In this document: positions 38,696 through 48,813 of the stretch, piece after piece
Layout of the letters: each line of letters starts with the position of its first letter
Numbering within the stretch: the first letter of the stretch is position 1
NCBI GenBank assembly: GCA_043765155.1
Contig: JAYUJP010000053.1
Span: 14,116-78,115 of the forward strand
Direction: 5' to 3'
DNA from: a bacterium
GTDB lineage: Bacteria > Patescibacteriota > Minisyncoccia > Phycocordibacterales > UBA5272
DNA length: 64,000 nucleotides
Notes under the pieces: generated by a model
The model's input: only the letters and a program-made list of their open reading frames with translations
What the model was told of the DNA's origin: nothing
Databases searched by the model: none
Program-made: the position numbers and the translations under genes

Positions 38696-40234
38696 CTATT
38701 TAAACTTTTCTAGCTCTGAAGTTGATATTTTAACTTGGAACATACCAATAGCATAAGCCGCTACTTGATACTGACCAAAATGTATAACTAGAACTTCTTT
38801 ATCTGTTGTATTGTCTGTACTTATATCCTCAAACCAAAAAGCAGAATAATTAGTACTTGTTGCCGCTGTACCATCTTCTAACCATGCTACGTCGACCATG
38901 TCAGCCGCACCATTTTCTATCATCTGATTTTTAAGATCTACTCTACTATAGCCCTCTATATATTTATATATATCAAGACTTTTCCCATCTTTATCATAAA
39001 CAGTTTTGCTATAAACCTCTTTTAGATTTTCTACATTTTTATTAGTCTTTTTATCAATAACATACGCATTATTAAAAGTTAGCGGGTGAGCGCCGCCAGT
39101 ATAAGTATAATTATTATAAACATAAGAAATATAATTCCTAGTTTCTGATTTTTCATAACTTGAGTCCCACTCATAAGGCCTATTATCATATTCACTCAGC
39201 CCTCTATCGCTATCTTTTTTAAATGGCGAGTATATATCTAGTATCCAGCTCTTAACGGCTTTATTATTTTTGGGATATTCTATTTTTGCATTTATCTTTG
39301 TATTACTCTCTGTGAATATTTCTTTCTCATCTTCATCTATATTTTCTTTTTTATTATTAACACTTGTAATGTCTCCAAAAATATTAGAGGTATTATTATT
39401 TTTGTTTATAATATTTTCTCCGTTGAGAATCTGACTCATAAGTCCTATTATAACTCCTAAAAATATAAATAACACTCTCTTTAGAATTTTTTTATCATCA
39501 TATTCACGTAGGTACGAGGTGAGGTCATAAGCGCCGACATATAAAAAGCTAGCAGCAGATATGGCAAGTAAGGCACTACTTAAATCTTCTAACTTTATTA
39601 TATAAAATAGGGCGACTCCTATAAACATAAAAGCAGAGGATGCAATAGTTAGCCAAAATAAATTTTTACTATTTTTATCATCCTCTTGTTTGTTCTTAGA
39701 ACTTCTTATCATCACGCCGCTCATCATAGGTATATGATGCAAAGATATAGCGATAGTAGTTATAATACCCAAAAATATATTTACAGCAAAGCTACTCGCT
39801 ATCACCACTCCATCAGCTACGCTGTGTATGCTTTGCCCTATAAATATAGAATATGACCCATTTTGTTTTAACTCTGAACTTTCTATATTGTGTAAGTTTA
39901 TCTGTTTATGAGTGTGAGTATCATGCTCATCATCATGCTCATGATTATGTGTAGTCCAGCCAAGTATATAAAAACATAATAATGAAAATAAGAATACTAA
40001 ACTATTTATATTTATCCCAAGAATACTCAAGCTTGACCCGCCAGAATACACTTCGGGCAATAGATGGACTATAAGAACCGTCAACATAATACCGATAGCT
40101 ACAGCTACTACATTTTTAGTTTTATTTGATCCCTCTCTTATAAAAGGACGACGTATCACGTACGCTAGCGCTATAAGTATAGCCAATACCGATATAACTG
40201 GCAAGATTATTTGATTTGTTATTATATTTTGCAT
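38696..40234 (-). CDS. Fusion protein: ZIP-family (ZupT-like) metal transporter plus a C-terminal DUF4163/DUF3298 (RsiV/PdaC-like) extracytoplasmic domain
   Basis: N-terminal half has HNHEHDDEHDTHTH, HSVADGVVIASSF and SLHHIP (ZIP signatures). C-terminal half has YTYTGGAHP (DUF3298 signature). Confidence 0.65.
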   Translation of the reverse strand: MQNIITNQIILPVISVLAILIALAYVIRRPFIREGSNKTKNVVAVAIGIMLTVLIVHLLPEVYSGGSSLSILGININSLVFLFSLLCFYILGWTTHNHEHDDEHDTHTHKQINLHNIESSELKQNGSYSIFIGQSIHSVADGVVIASSFAVNIFLGIITTIAISLHHIPMMSGVMIRSSKNKQEDDKNSKNLFWLTIASSAFMFIGVALFYIIKLEDLSSALLAISAASFLYVGAYDLTSYLREYDDKKILKRVLFIFLGVIIGLMSQILNGENIINKNNNTSNIFGDITSVNNKKENIDEDEKEIFTESNTKINAKIEYPKNNKAVKSWILDIYSPFKKDSDRGLSEYDNRPYEWDSSYEKSETRNYISYVYNNYTYTGGAHPLTFNNAYVIDKKTNKNVENLKEVYSKTVYDKDGKSLDIYKYIEGYSRVDLKNQMIENGAADMVDVAWLEDGTAATSTNYSAFWFEDISTDNTTDKEVLVIHFGQYQVAAYAIGMFQVKISTSELEKFK

Positions 40235-40459
40235 ATTATTTATATTTTAAAACTTATTTATTGTTTTTGTATAACTATAATTATTATTCACCCTCTTCTA
40301 TTTTTTGCACACTTGTAGAATCTACGCTGTTAGCAATATTTTCTGTCTTGGCTTTAGCTCCAGATATTAGTGAGTCTTTTTTATTTAATGTCATGTACAT
40401 AAAAATACCAACATATATGATAAGTAGGCCAGATAAAAGAGTAAAGGATTTCATGTGTC

Positions 40460-41398
40460 TTAATTTTTATTTGTAAAAACTTTATAATATTCAAAATACT
40501 CAGCGGCTATTTTACTAACAGCTTCATCTCTATTTATTTTTCCCTCTTTGTATTCCATAAGTGGATTCCAAAATATCGTACGCCCGACTGCAAATCCTAG
40601 TACCCCCCCAACCTCACGTCCTGCCTTTATCCACTCCATAACATGCTCCTTGGTCTCATTTCTTCCTAATATTATTATACCTACGCCCGCTCTACTCTCT
40701 GTATTTATAGCAGCTTTTACAACCTCCTCATATTGAAACTTTTCATACAAACCTTCTATTTTCCAGACATCCGCCTCTATACCATAATCTTGCATTTCTG
40801 TTATCATTTGCATCAAGTCTATATATCTAAAATTATGGTCAAAATCTGACTGTTCACCTCTTACTTTTATTAGCGGTTCTATAAGTAGTCCAATATTATT
40901 TTCTTTTACAAAGTCACTTAAATTTTTAAGGTTACCCAGCTGCTTTGTATTATCTTCAGACACATCATACCTGACCAATGCCTTTGCATAGGTTGGCATT
41001 ATATTTAAAAGATGAGTCTTATAATTTTCTACTTTCTTATAACTATTTTCTCCGCTAACATTTTGGTCTTCGTCTGTACCATATTCAAATTCAAAATGCT
41101 CAAGTCCAGACTTTTCGGTAGTCTGCATAGTTACAAGACCTTTTTCTTTTGCGTCTTTTATAATTTCTAGTCCATATACTTCGTCGACCAATACTGCTGA
41201 ACACTCCTTTGGTACACCCATTTCTATAGCTTTAAATATCGCATCATAGATTATTTTCTTGTAGCTAGTTACTGTGTCTTTCTCCTGCTTACTTAAAACT
41301 TCACCATAACCTAGCATTTTTTGAGCAAATCCTGCCCTATGATCAAAAGGTAAGACGAATAAGTTTTTAGGGTTGATATGTTTAGTTATATTTTGCAT
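40460..41398 (-). CDS. Class I aldolase of the LacD/DUF2090 family (TIM barrel)
   Basis: LFVLPFDHRAGF start and ADVWKIEG, the putative Schiff-base Lys context resembling LacD. Confidence 0.45.
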   Translation of the reverse strand: MQNITKHINPKNLFVLPFDHRAGFAQKMLGYGEVLSKQEKDTVTSYKKIIYDAIFKAIEMGVPKECSAVLVDEVYGLEIIKDAKEKGLVTMQTTEKSGLEHFEFEYGTDEDQNVSGENSYKKVENYKTHLLNIMPTYAKALVRYDVSEDNTKQLGNLKNLSDFVKENNIGLLIEPLIKVRGEQSDFDHNFRYIDLMQMITEMQDYGIEADVWKIEGLYEKFQYEEVVKAAINTESRAGVGIIILGRNETKEHVMEWIKAGREVGGVLGFAVGRTIFWNPLMEYKEGKINRDEAVSKIAAEYFEYYKVFTNKN

Positions 41399-41434
41399 AA
41401 ATTTATTTTGTAATTTTATTATAACATAGAAAAT

Positions 41435-42355
41435 CTACTTAAAACTTTTTAACTCAAGCATCACTGGGCAGTGATCACTACCAAAAAAGTCATCCATTAT
41501 TTTGGCGTCTAGTATTTTATCTTCCAAAGACTTTGAAGTAAAAAAGTAATCAATACGCCATCCGACATTTTTAGCCCTGCTGCTAGTTTTCATATCCCAC
41601 CAAGTATACTGGACCTTGTCACCATTTACCTTTCTGTATGAGTCTACAAAGTTCTCTATAAATTTTGCCAACCTGTCCCGCTCAGGCTTGGTACAGCCAA
41701 GCTTATCTTTGTTATCTTTTGGCCTAGCCAGGTCAATATCGGCTACTGTCGCATTTATGTCGCCTGTAAATATTACAGGTTTACAAAATATTTCTTCTGC
41801 TCCGTCTACAACTCTCTTATGTTTCTTTTTCTCTAGCTTTTGCATTAGCTTAAGAGTCTTGTCATAATAAGCAAGCTTATAATGATAATGTTCCTCACTT
41901 TTACCACCATTTGGCCAATAACAATTCATCAGGTAAAAGTCCTGATACTCAGCGACCAGTGTGCGCCCCTCATTGTCTAGAAATATCTTATACTTTTCGT
42001 GATCATCTAACTTTTGAAAAGATTCCTCACTCTCAACTCTTGGATGCTTTTCACCCAGGGCAGTAAGTATGCTATTAGTAACTTTTATTGGCGTACTTTT
42101 TGTGTATATAGCAACTCCCGAGTAACCCTTACGCATGCTTGAGCTCTCAAAATAGCTAATATATCCAGCAAAATTTTTCATCTCGTCAGTTAACTGATCA
42201 GGTGTACACTTTGTCTCCTGGAGCACAAAAATATCAGGATTCTCTTGTTCCACAAGTTTTTGTAATGCACCCTTTTTCCATACTGCCCTTAGACCATTTA
42301 CATTCCAAGATATAATTTTTATTTTTTTACTAGAACTACTTATTTCTTTTTTCAT
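41435..42355 (-). CDS. xth: Exodeoxyribonuclease III / AP endonuclease
   Basis: IISWNVNGLRA, QETK and a C-terminal SDHCPV. Confidence 0.85.
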   Translation of the reverse strand: MKKEISSSSKKIKIISWNVNGLRAVWKKGALQKLVEQENPDIFVLQETKCTPDQLTDEMKNFAGYISYFESSSMRKGYSGVAIYTKSTPIKVTNSILTALGEKHPRVESEESFQKLDDHEKYKIFLDNEGRTLVAEYQDFYLMNCYWPNGGKSEEHYHYKLAYYDKTLKLMQKLEKKKHKRVVDGAEEIFCKPVIFTGDINATVADIDLARPKDNKDKLGCTKPERDRLAKFIENFVDSYRKVNGDKVQYTWWDMKTSSRAKNVGWRIDYFFTSKSLEDKILDAKIMDDFFGSDHCPVMLELKSFK

Positions 42356-42375
42356 CGTGTTTAGTTAAAGGCTGT

Positions 42376-42699
42376 TTATCTAATAGGAAAAGCAAGGCGC
42401 GACTCCTTGCAACTAGTACCCAGATACGAGCTTATAAAGGTCGGGCATTGTAGGTTAATTACATCTTCTTTTGTTTCTGTCTTGATACGAAAATCACAAG
42501 ATATATATCCATCACCATCAGTATCTTTACCTTGGCATACCCTGCCTACTATTGCGTATTCGGCGTACATTTTTTTAATGTAATTTTCACCTTCTGATAA
42601 TCCCCTATTGGCCCTAATAGTATTTGAACCTATATAATAAAAGTAAATCCCTCCTACCAAAATTGCCAATATGAATATGATGTAAAAATATTTTTTCAT
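42376..42699 (-). CDS. Small secreted/membrane-anchored Cys-containing protein
   Basis: N-terminal TM/signal segment, 4 Cys. Confidence 0.4.
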   Translation of the reverse strand: MKKYFYIIFILAILVGGIYFYYIGSNTIRANRGLSEGENYIKKMYAEYAIVGRVCQGKDTDGDGYISCDFRIKTETKEDVINLQCPTFISSYLGTSCKESRLAFPIR

Positions 42700-42771
42700 A
42701 ATTTTATTATATCATAAAAGCACATAATTTTAAATTGCACACTTTTATATAATATTTAATTATAAAATATA

Positions 42772-43278
42772 TTAAAAAGAAATACTGGTATTCTTTATAT
42801 CTACATCCATCATTTTGTACATATCCGAGACGGTGAGGGTGCTGCGACTCTCTGCTTTTAACCCAAAATAATCTTCTACTTTAGTCAAATCTTGATCTGA
42901 CTCAAACTCTATTTCTACATAGGGCTTTATCTTAGGCCACTCATCGTAACATATTTGACAGCCATCCATAAAAGCTTCATGTCTTATATTCTCTTGTACT
43001 GCTCTAGGTTTTGAATTAATATATTCTAATATAGATAACATCTTATCAAAATCTGAGACTATCACCTCTTCTTCAAGACAAAATCCATCATCTTGTTCTT
43101 CTTTTATTGTTAAGGTGGTCTTATCTGATTCCAAACGTAATCTCATCCAACCTTTTTTACCCTTAACATCAAAAACAGCTCTCTTCATTTTTATAATCTT
43201 ATAACTTTCTAAGGTCTTCATTTTTTCTAACACTTTTTCTATATTTTCTGTATATTTATATTCTTTTTCTATTTTCAT
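42772..43278 (-). CDS. CYTH-domain protein (class IV adenylate cyclase / triphosphate tunnel metalloenzyme-like)
   Basis: N-terminal EKEYK (ExExK) and YVEIEFE motifs. Confidence 0.6.
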   Translation of the reverse strand: MKIEKEYKYTENIEKVLEKMKTLESYKIIKMKRAVFDVKGKKGWMRLRLESDKTTLTIKEEQDDGFCLEEEVIVSDFDKMLSILEYINSKPRAVQENIRHEAFMDGCQICYDEWPKIKPYVEIEFESDQDLTKVEDYFGLKAESRSTLTVSDMYKMMDVDIKNTSISF

Positions 43279-43333
43279 ATTATTATGATAACTTATTTAT
43301 TGGCACAGACCCATCGTCAAACCTAATAATAAG

Positions 43334-44617
43334 TTAAATGGTTGGTATATTTAGCTCAAACTTTTTGAGTAATATACTATTTTCTCCTCCTCTCACTTTT
43401 CCAAAAAGTTCAAATTTTATATTCGTGTTTGGAGTCTGCACATCTTTTCCTATATCCATTATTAATTTTCTCTTTTCTTGCGGATTTATTTTTTCAAATT
43501 CTGTGTCATCATTTTTATCAAAATTATACTTTTTGGATCCTTGTGTTGCTGTAACTACAAAGTCTGAAATATAATTTTCGGACACATTCTCAAAAGACAT
43601 CTCTAATACATTCTGAAGATTAGATTCAAAACTTTTCTTTTCTACGTTACTAACTTTTAATTTAAAGTCATAAGCAATAGGAGAACCTACCAAAAATACT
43701 TCTTGAGATGATTCGGATATAAGAGACTTTATGTTTTGATTTTCATAAGTCGAGACGCTAGCTACAAAAGTCTTACTGGCGCTGAGTGAGCTTTTGAAAA
43801 ATCCAGACACATTATACTCTCTCTCTTCTCCTATTTTTAAATTTTTAATTTCTACTTGGGCTGGATTATCAGCACTCTCTTTTTTGATTGCAAATCCAGC
43901 TGGTACATCAACTTTTAAAACAAGTGACACATTACTAGTATATGAGACATTTTTAACTTTTAATTTGAGTAGGTATTCATTATTTTCTATAACTTCTTTT
44001 AAGGCTTTTATATTTATGGTTACGCTTGGACTTATTATTTTTACTTCTTTTATTAGCTCTTTTTTAAAGGTAGAATTAGAGCCTAGAACTTTGTATTCTA
44101 GTATCGCTGATATTTTTCTCTTGTCTCCCTCTTGCCCGTTAAATATATACTCAGTGTCAGTCGCTGTATATATATTTTGAAGTACATCACCCAACTTATA
44201 AATTTTTATATCTTGGTCTATAACTCCGTCTCTAGACATACCCTTTTGTATTTTGACAGTTAGGGTCGTATCTAGCATGGCGACTTTGTTATTATTAAGT
44301 ATAGAAGTAGTGAGCCTACCCTCTTGGCCACCTTTTACATTGTCTTCTATATTTAGATTAAGATTAATCTTTTCATTTGAAATAGTATTAGACTGCGAAT
44401 AATACTGATAAGCGCCATACAGGGCTGCTATTAATAATAACGAGGCTGCTGCTACAAAAAACCAAAAGAACATTGATTTTTTATGTTCTACCTGATCATC
44501 ACTATGCCCTGAATAATTCTCTGCAAGATTTTCTGCGCCATTATTTTCAGATGAAAAATTATCACTTCGTAAATGATCCCAATTACTATGTATTTCTGAT
44601 CTTATATTTGGCTGCAT
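43334..44617 (-). CDS. Hypothetical membrane-anchored extracytoplasmic protein, 427 aa
   Basis: Single N-terminal TM helix, then a beta-rich low-complexity domain. Confidence 0.5.
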   Translation of the reverse strand: MQPNIRSEIHSNWDHLRSDNFSSENNGAENLAENYSGHSDDQVEHKKSMFFWFFVAAASLLLIAALYGAYQYYSQSNTISNEKINLNLNIEDNVKGGQEGRLTTSILNNNKVAMLDTTLTVKIQKGMSRDGVIDQDIKIYKLGDVLQNIYTATDTEYIFNGQEGDKRKISAILEYKVLGSNSTFKKELIKEVKIISPSVTINIKALKEVIENNEYLLKLKVKNVSYTSNVSLVLKVDVPAGFAIKKESADNPAQVEIKNLKIGEEREYNVSGFFKSSLSASKTFVASVSTYENQNIKSLISESSQEVFLVGSPIAYDFKLKVSNVEKKSFESNLQNVLEMSFENVSENYISDFVVTATQGSKKYNFDKNDDTEFEKINPQEKRKLIMDIGKDVQTPNTNIKFELFGKVRGGENSILLKKFELNIPTI

Positions 44618-44663
44618 GAATCCTATTTTTATTAAAAATATCTAATATATTTTGTTAAATATA

Positions 44664-45218
44664 TTATAACATACTACTCTCTATAGCAATGCGCAGGTTC
44701 TTAACAACTTGATCCTTGCTTGTGACAACTTTTATATATATATCATCCGTATTACTAACTTTATACTCCTCTAGATTCATGTCTATAGACTGCGTATCCA
44801 TGTAACCAGAAGTTATCATAATATCAGCAAGCATACACAGCTTAACAATGGAAACGTCCAAGTCTTTTACTGTGATGTACTGACTCAGTCTGTCATATAG
44901 CTTTATATTTTTAACTTCAAATCCTAAAAATCTATTTACCATTTGGGACATATGCGGGACTATTTTATTTTTATGATTATTCATCTCACTCTCACGCGCG
45001 CCAGCTATTCTGTACAATTCGCGCCCCTTAACCACCGTCACATTTGTAAACCTGTGCGGCATTATATGAGGCCTAAGCTTGACACTTTTCTTGAGTGAGG
45101 ACTGCTTTGCTGTTATCACCCCAAAATCTCTGGTGTATATTTTACATACGGCGTCACTCTCGCCGCTATCATAAGCTGCTAATACTAAGCCCTCAGTTGT
45201 AAATTTTTCTATGGACAT
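44664..45218 (-). CDS. recO: DNA repair protein RecO (short form)
   Basis: EGLVLAAYDSGESDAVCKIYTRDFGVI OB-fold N-terminus. Start set at MSIEKF, because the upstream part of the track ORF lies in the conserved 35-nt element. Confidence 0.65.
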   Translation of the reverse strand: MSIEKFTTEGLVLAAYDSGESDAVCKIYTRDFGVITAKQSSLKKSVKLRPHIMPHRFTNVTVVKGRELYRIAGARESEMNNHKNKIVPHMSQMVNRFLGFEVKNIKLYDRLSQYITVKDLDVSIVKLCMLADIMITSGYMDTQSIDMNLEEYKVSNTDDIYIKVVTSKDQVVKNLRIAIESSML

Positions 45219-45262
45219 ATTATTGTATTTTTGTTTTACTCTCTGTTTTATCTCCTGTTGTA

Positions 45263-45298
45263 TTTTTCGATTCAGCAGAATCACCTACTGTGTATTTT
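45263..45298 (-). repeat. 35-nt conserved 5'-region element (copy 2, upstream of recO)
   Basis: AAAATACACAGTAGGTGATTCTGCTGAATCGAAAAAT (minus-strand sense). Compare 15354-15390. Confidence 0.55.
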
Positions 45299-45360
45299 GC
45301 ATTTGACAAAAATTCTTCCTTTTGATACAATTATATTAACGAAAAGAAACCCTTGCGACG

Positions 45361-45735
45361 CTACGTGCCCGCCGGGGTCTTTTCTTTTGTAATAAGGCTT
45401 TTTATCTCTTCAAGAAAGATGATTTTTAAAAAACTTTTTATTCTTAAAATTTTAGAACTAGACTTTTTATCTGCTGGCATCAAATTAACTTTTATACTGT
45501 TTTCATTTGCATAATCAAGCAACATTGAAAAATCACCATCACCGCTTAAAAGTACGAGCTCTTTTAAATTGGCCGTAAAATAATATATTTCGTCTGCTCT
45601 AAACTTATGTTTTAGATATACTTGTAACTTTAAAAAATCTAAATCTATGCCTAGCCTTTCGCAAGATAATATTATATTCGCGGCGTCGATATAGGCTATC
45701 ACTTTTTTATTCTCGTTTTTTTCCATGTAATACAA
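45361..45735 (-). CDS. NYN/LabA-like nuclease-domain protein
   Basis: IAYIDAANI...LVLLSGDGDF pattern. Confidence 0.6.
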   Translation of the reverse strand: MYYMEKNENKKVIAYIDAANIILSCERLGIDLDFLKLQVYLKHKFRADEIYYFTANLKELVLLSGDGDFSMLLDYANENSIKVNLMPADKKSSSKILRIKSFLKIIFLEEIKSLITKEKTPAGT

Positions 45736-45843
45736 TTATAGCATAAGAATAAAAGTTTTAAATTTATTTCAAAACCTCTAAAACTTTTTACAAATATGTG
45801 TTACAATATTTTTAGATAAATTAAAATATAAAACAAAAACTCT

Positions 45844-46557
45844 ATGAATAATCCAATAACTACAAATTCTATGTCTGCCTTCTCGCAATTTTTTGAGATT
45901 TCTAATTCACCCTTTTCAATAATATTCTTGTCTATATTTGGAGTATTATGCCTTGTGTTATTTTTGGCTATATTTTCTAAAAGAATTACAAAGATACTAA
46001 GAAGATATCACATATTAGAAGAGAGCGAAACACCTAAGAACTTTCTGATTTGGATACTTTCTATTATTATAATAATAAGGACCGTGCAGGTATTTATTAT
46101 ACAGCCGTTTCTAGTTGATGGTGCTAGCATGTATCCGACTTTCCAAGATAATAACCTGCTCATAGTAGACAAGACCTACAAGTATAGAGAGATATCTCGT
46201 GATGACGTAGTAGTATTTAAGTTTTTAAAACAAGATTCACAATATAGCGGTAGATATTTTATAAAAAGAATTATAGGGCTACCAGGTGAAACTGTTATAA
46301 TAAATGGTACGACTACTACTATAATATCTAAAAATGGTGATCAGACAAAATTAACAGAAGAATTTGTCAAAAACCCAAAGCTAACTCAATATGTCGAGAC
46401 CAAGTTAAAAGATGATGAGTACTTTGTTATGGGTGACAACCGCGACGGATCATATGACTCGCGCGCTTGGGGTCCAATACACAAGTCACAACTCGCCGGC
46501 GAGCCAATCGTTCAGCTCTTTCCAGTGGTGAGATTGTATCCAGGAAGTGTGAAGTAG
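45844..46557 (+). CDS. lepB: Signal peptidase I
   Basis: GASMYPT (catalytic Ser) and GDNRDGSYDSR (Lys box) motifs. Confidence 0.85.
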   Translation: MNNPITTNSMSAFSQFFEISNSPFSIIFLSIFGVLCLVLFLAIFSKRITKILRRYHILEESETPKNFLIWILSIIIIIRTVQVFIIQPFLVDGASMYPTFQDNNLLIVDKTYKYREISRDDVVVFKFLKQDSQYSGRYFIKRIIGLPGETVIINGTTTTIISKNGDQTKLTEEFVKNPKLTQYVETKLKDDEYFVMGDNRDGSYDSRAWGPIHKSQLAGEPIVQLFPVVRLYPGSVK

Positions 46558-46603
46558 TCTTGACTCAAGAATCATTTATGATATAATAACTTTATGAATA
46601 ATT

Positions 46604-46710
46604 CCTATAGTAACTATTTTGAAATCAATACGCAAAAAGCAAAGAAAACAGTAAAAAAGTCTAGCGTATATAACGTGTCTGACTTTTTAAAATTGGTTAG
46701 GACTTGGTAG
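46604..46710 (+). CDS. 38-codon mini-ORF immediately upstream of the YafQ-like toxin (candidate remnant or short antitoxin). Not in the ORF track.
   Basis: My translation: MNNSYSNYFEINTQKAKKTVKKSSVYNVSDFLKLVRTW. Its stop is 3 nt before the toxin ATG. A TTGACT-16-TATAAT promoter at 46563-46590 makes it leaderless. Confidence 0.3.
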
Positions 46711-46713
46711 CTT

Positions 46714-46995
46714 ATGTTACAAGTAAAAATATCAAGCAGATTCAAGACGTCTTTTAAGAGAATCTCAAAACATAAGAGCTTTAAACAAGAATCTTTTGAC
46801 TATGTTTTGTTTATGCTCTCTAGCCAAATAGAGTTGCCGGTTAAATTTAAAGATCACAATCTTTTAGGTAAACACAAAGATAGTCGCGAGTGTCACATAG
46901 CTCCGGATATATTACTTATTTATAGAGTGGAAGACGATAAAATATTTTTAGAACTTTTAGATATTGGTACACATGCGAGTATTTTTGGGATGTAA
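46714..46995 (+). CDS. YafQ-like (RelE/ParE superfamily) type II toxin, mRNA interferase
   Basis: HNLLGKHKDSRECHIAPDILLIYRVED matches the YafQ pattern HxLxG...RECHI.PDxLLIY. Confidence 0.7.
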   Translation: MLQVKISSRFKTSFKRISKHKSFKQESFDYVLFMLSSQIELPVKFKDHNLLGKHKDSRECHIAPDILLIYRVEDDKIFLELLDIGTHASIFGM

Positions 46996-47054
46996 TTTAC
47001 TCTTTTACATAATTTGCCCTAAACATAAAAAGAGAGTATAATAATAAGTAAGAT

Positions 47055-48395
47055 ATGAAAACAATAAAAGAGGCATCTGCAAAAGCAGAAAGTAAAAAAG
47101 TAGAGACTAAAAAATCTACGACCCCTATTACAAAATTAAAAGGTACAAAAGATATACGCGGACAAGATTATTATCAGCTACAAGGAATGTTTGAAAAGGC
47201 TCAGGAGATATCAGAATATTATGGATTTAAGCCGATGGATACTCCGATACTCGAGAGATCAAGCATATACGAAAAAGCTCTAGGTGAAGTTACTGACGTA
47301 GTAGAAAAAGAGATGTACAGCTTCTCAATAAAAGGTTCAGAAAGGGTCGCGCTGCGTCCAGAATTCACAGCGGGCATATTACGCTCATACATAGAAAATG
47401 GAATGGTAGCTGAGCCGCAGCCAATACTGCTATATTCATATGGGCCAGTATTCCGTCATGAGAATCCGCAGCTAGGAAGACTCCGAGAATTCCGCCAATT
47501 TAACCTGGAGATACTTGGTACAGAAAAATCTATTGCTGACGCGCTTATAATCAAAACTACATATGACATACTCACCGACTTTGGATTTAAGGACCTAATC
47601 ATAGATATTAACTCTATGGGTGATAATGACACTAGAAATAGTTATATGCGTGAACTAACTAGCTATTATAAGAAAAATATTTCTAATATGTGCGGAAATT
47701 GTGACACACGCCTCAAAACTAATCCGCTAAGATTACTCGACTGCAAAGACGAGTTGTGTCAAACATTTAAAGAAAAAGCTCCGCAATCTATAAATAGTAT
47801 ATCACCTGACGCACGTAAGCATTTTAAGGAGGTGTTACAATATCTTGAAGAGATGGAAATACCTTTTAGAATCAATCACTCACTAGTACGCGGTCTAGAT
47901 TATTATAAGCGTACAGTATTTGAAATAATAAAAGAACACACTACAGATGCTGGCGATACAAAAGAAATTACAATATGCGGAGGTGGTAGATATGATATGT
48001 CCAAAATGTACGGATCTAAAAAAGATATACCGAGCGTAGGTACTGCTCTTGGCTTTGACCGCTTAACCATGATGCCTGAATGCGAAAAGTTAATGCCTAA
48101 AATACTTAAGACTCCAAAAGTTTACTTTATACAACTTGGATTTGAGGCTAAGTTAAAGTCACTACACGTTATAGATGTATTACGCCACGCAAAGATACCT
48201 GTGCATCAAAACTTATCAAAAGACTCTCTAGGAGCGCAGCTCAGCGCAGCCGAAGAAATGGGTATACCTTATGCTATAATATTTGGTCAAAAAGAAGCCA
48301 TAGATGGTAACGTTATAATACGTGATATGAAAAAGCATACCCAAGAGGTTGTCAAAATAGATAAGCTGTGTGACTATATAAAACATCTAAAATAG
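47055..48395 (+). CDS. hisS: Histidyl-tRNA synthetase
   Basis: Class II motifs (FRHENPQLGRLREFRQFNLEILG; GGGRYD). Confidence 0.9.
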   Translation: MKTIKEASAKAESKKVETKKSTTPITKLKGTKDIRGQDYYQLQGMFEKAQEISEYYGFKPMDTPILERSSIYEKALGEVTDVVEKEMYSFSIKGSERVALRPEFTAGILRSYIENGMVAEPQPILLYSYGPVFRHENPQLGRLREFRQFNLEILGTEKSIADALIIKTTYDILTDFGFKDLIIDINSMGDNDTRNSYMRELTSYYKKNISNMCGNCDTRLKTNPLRLLDCKDELCQTFKEKAPQSINSISPDARKHFKEVLQYLEEMEIPFRINHSLVRGLDYYKRTVFEIIKEHTTDAGDTKEITICGGGRYDMSKMYGSKKDIPSVGTALGFDRLTMMPECEKLMPKILKTPKVYFIQLGFEAKLKSLHVIDVLRHAKIPVHQNLSKDSLGAQLSAAEEMGIPYAIIFGQKEAIDGNVIIRDMKKHTQEVVKIDKLCDYIKHLK

Positions 48396-48471
48396 ATTTG
48401 CGAAAATAATTAAAATATGTTAATATATATAACAATATAAACTCATAAGTAAATATAAACGAAAAGCAAAT

Positions 48472-48723
48472 ATGAATACAGTAAACGTAAAAATAGAAAA
48501 AAATGGTGGTGAGCCTATAGCTTCTACACTAAGAAGATTTCAAAAGAAAATACAAGAGTCTATGGTATTACCTACTGTAAGATCAAAAAGATATAATACT
48601 AGACCTCTTTCTGACCTTAAAGTAAAAAGAGGTAAGATGAAAAGACTAGCGGCCGGCGTAGAATACACAAGACTAAAAAGACTTGGCGCTGTTATAGAAA
48701 AGAAAAAAGGCGGAAGAAGGTAG
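48472..48723 (+). CDS. rpsU: 30S ribosomal protein bS21
   Basis: LRRFQKKIQESMVL...RSKRY...K.KR pattern. 83 aa and basic. Confidence 0.7.
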   Translation: MNTVNVKIEKNGGEPIASTLRRFQKKIQESMVLPTVRSKRYNTRPLSDLKVKRGKMKRLAAGVEYTRLKRLGAVIEKKKGGRR

Positions 48724-48731
48724 TAAAATAT

Positions 48732-48768
48732 AAAAGGCGCTAGCGAAGCTGGCGCCTTTTATATTTTA
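48732..48768 (+). terminator. Rho-independent terminator
   Basis: AAAAGGCGC-N11-GCGCCTTTT followed by a T-tract. Confidence 0.7.
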
Positions 48769-48813
48769 TATGATATAATAATCGTAAGAAATAACTTAGC
48801 GTAAAAAATAAGT

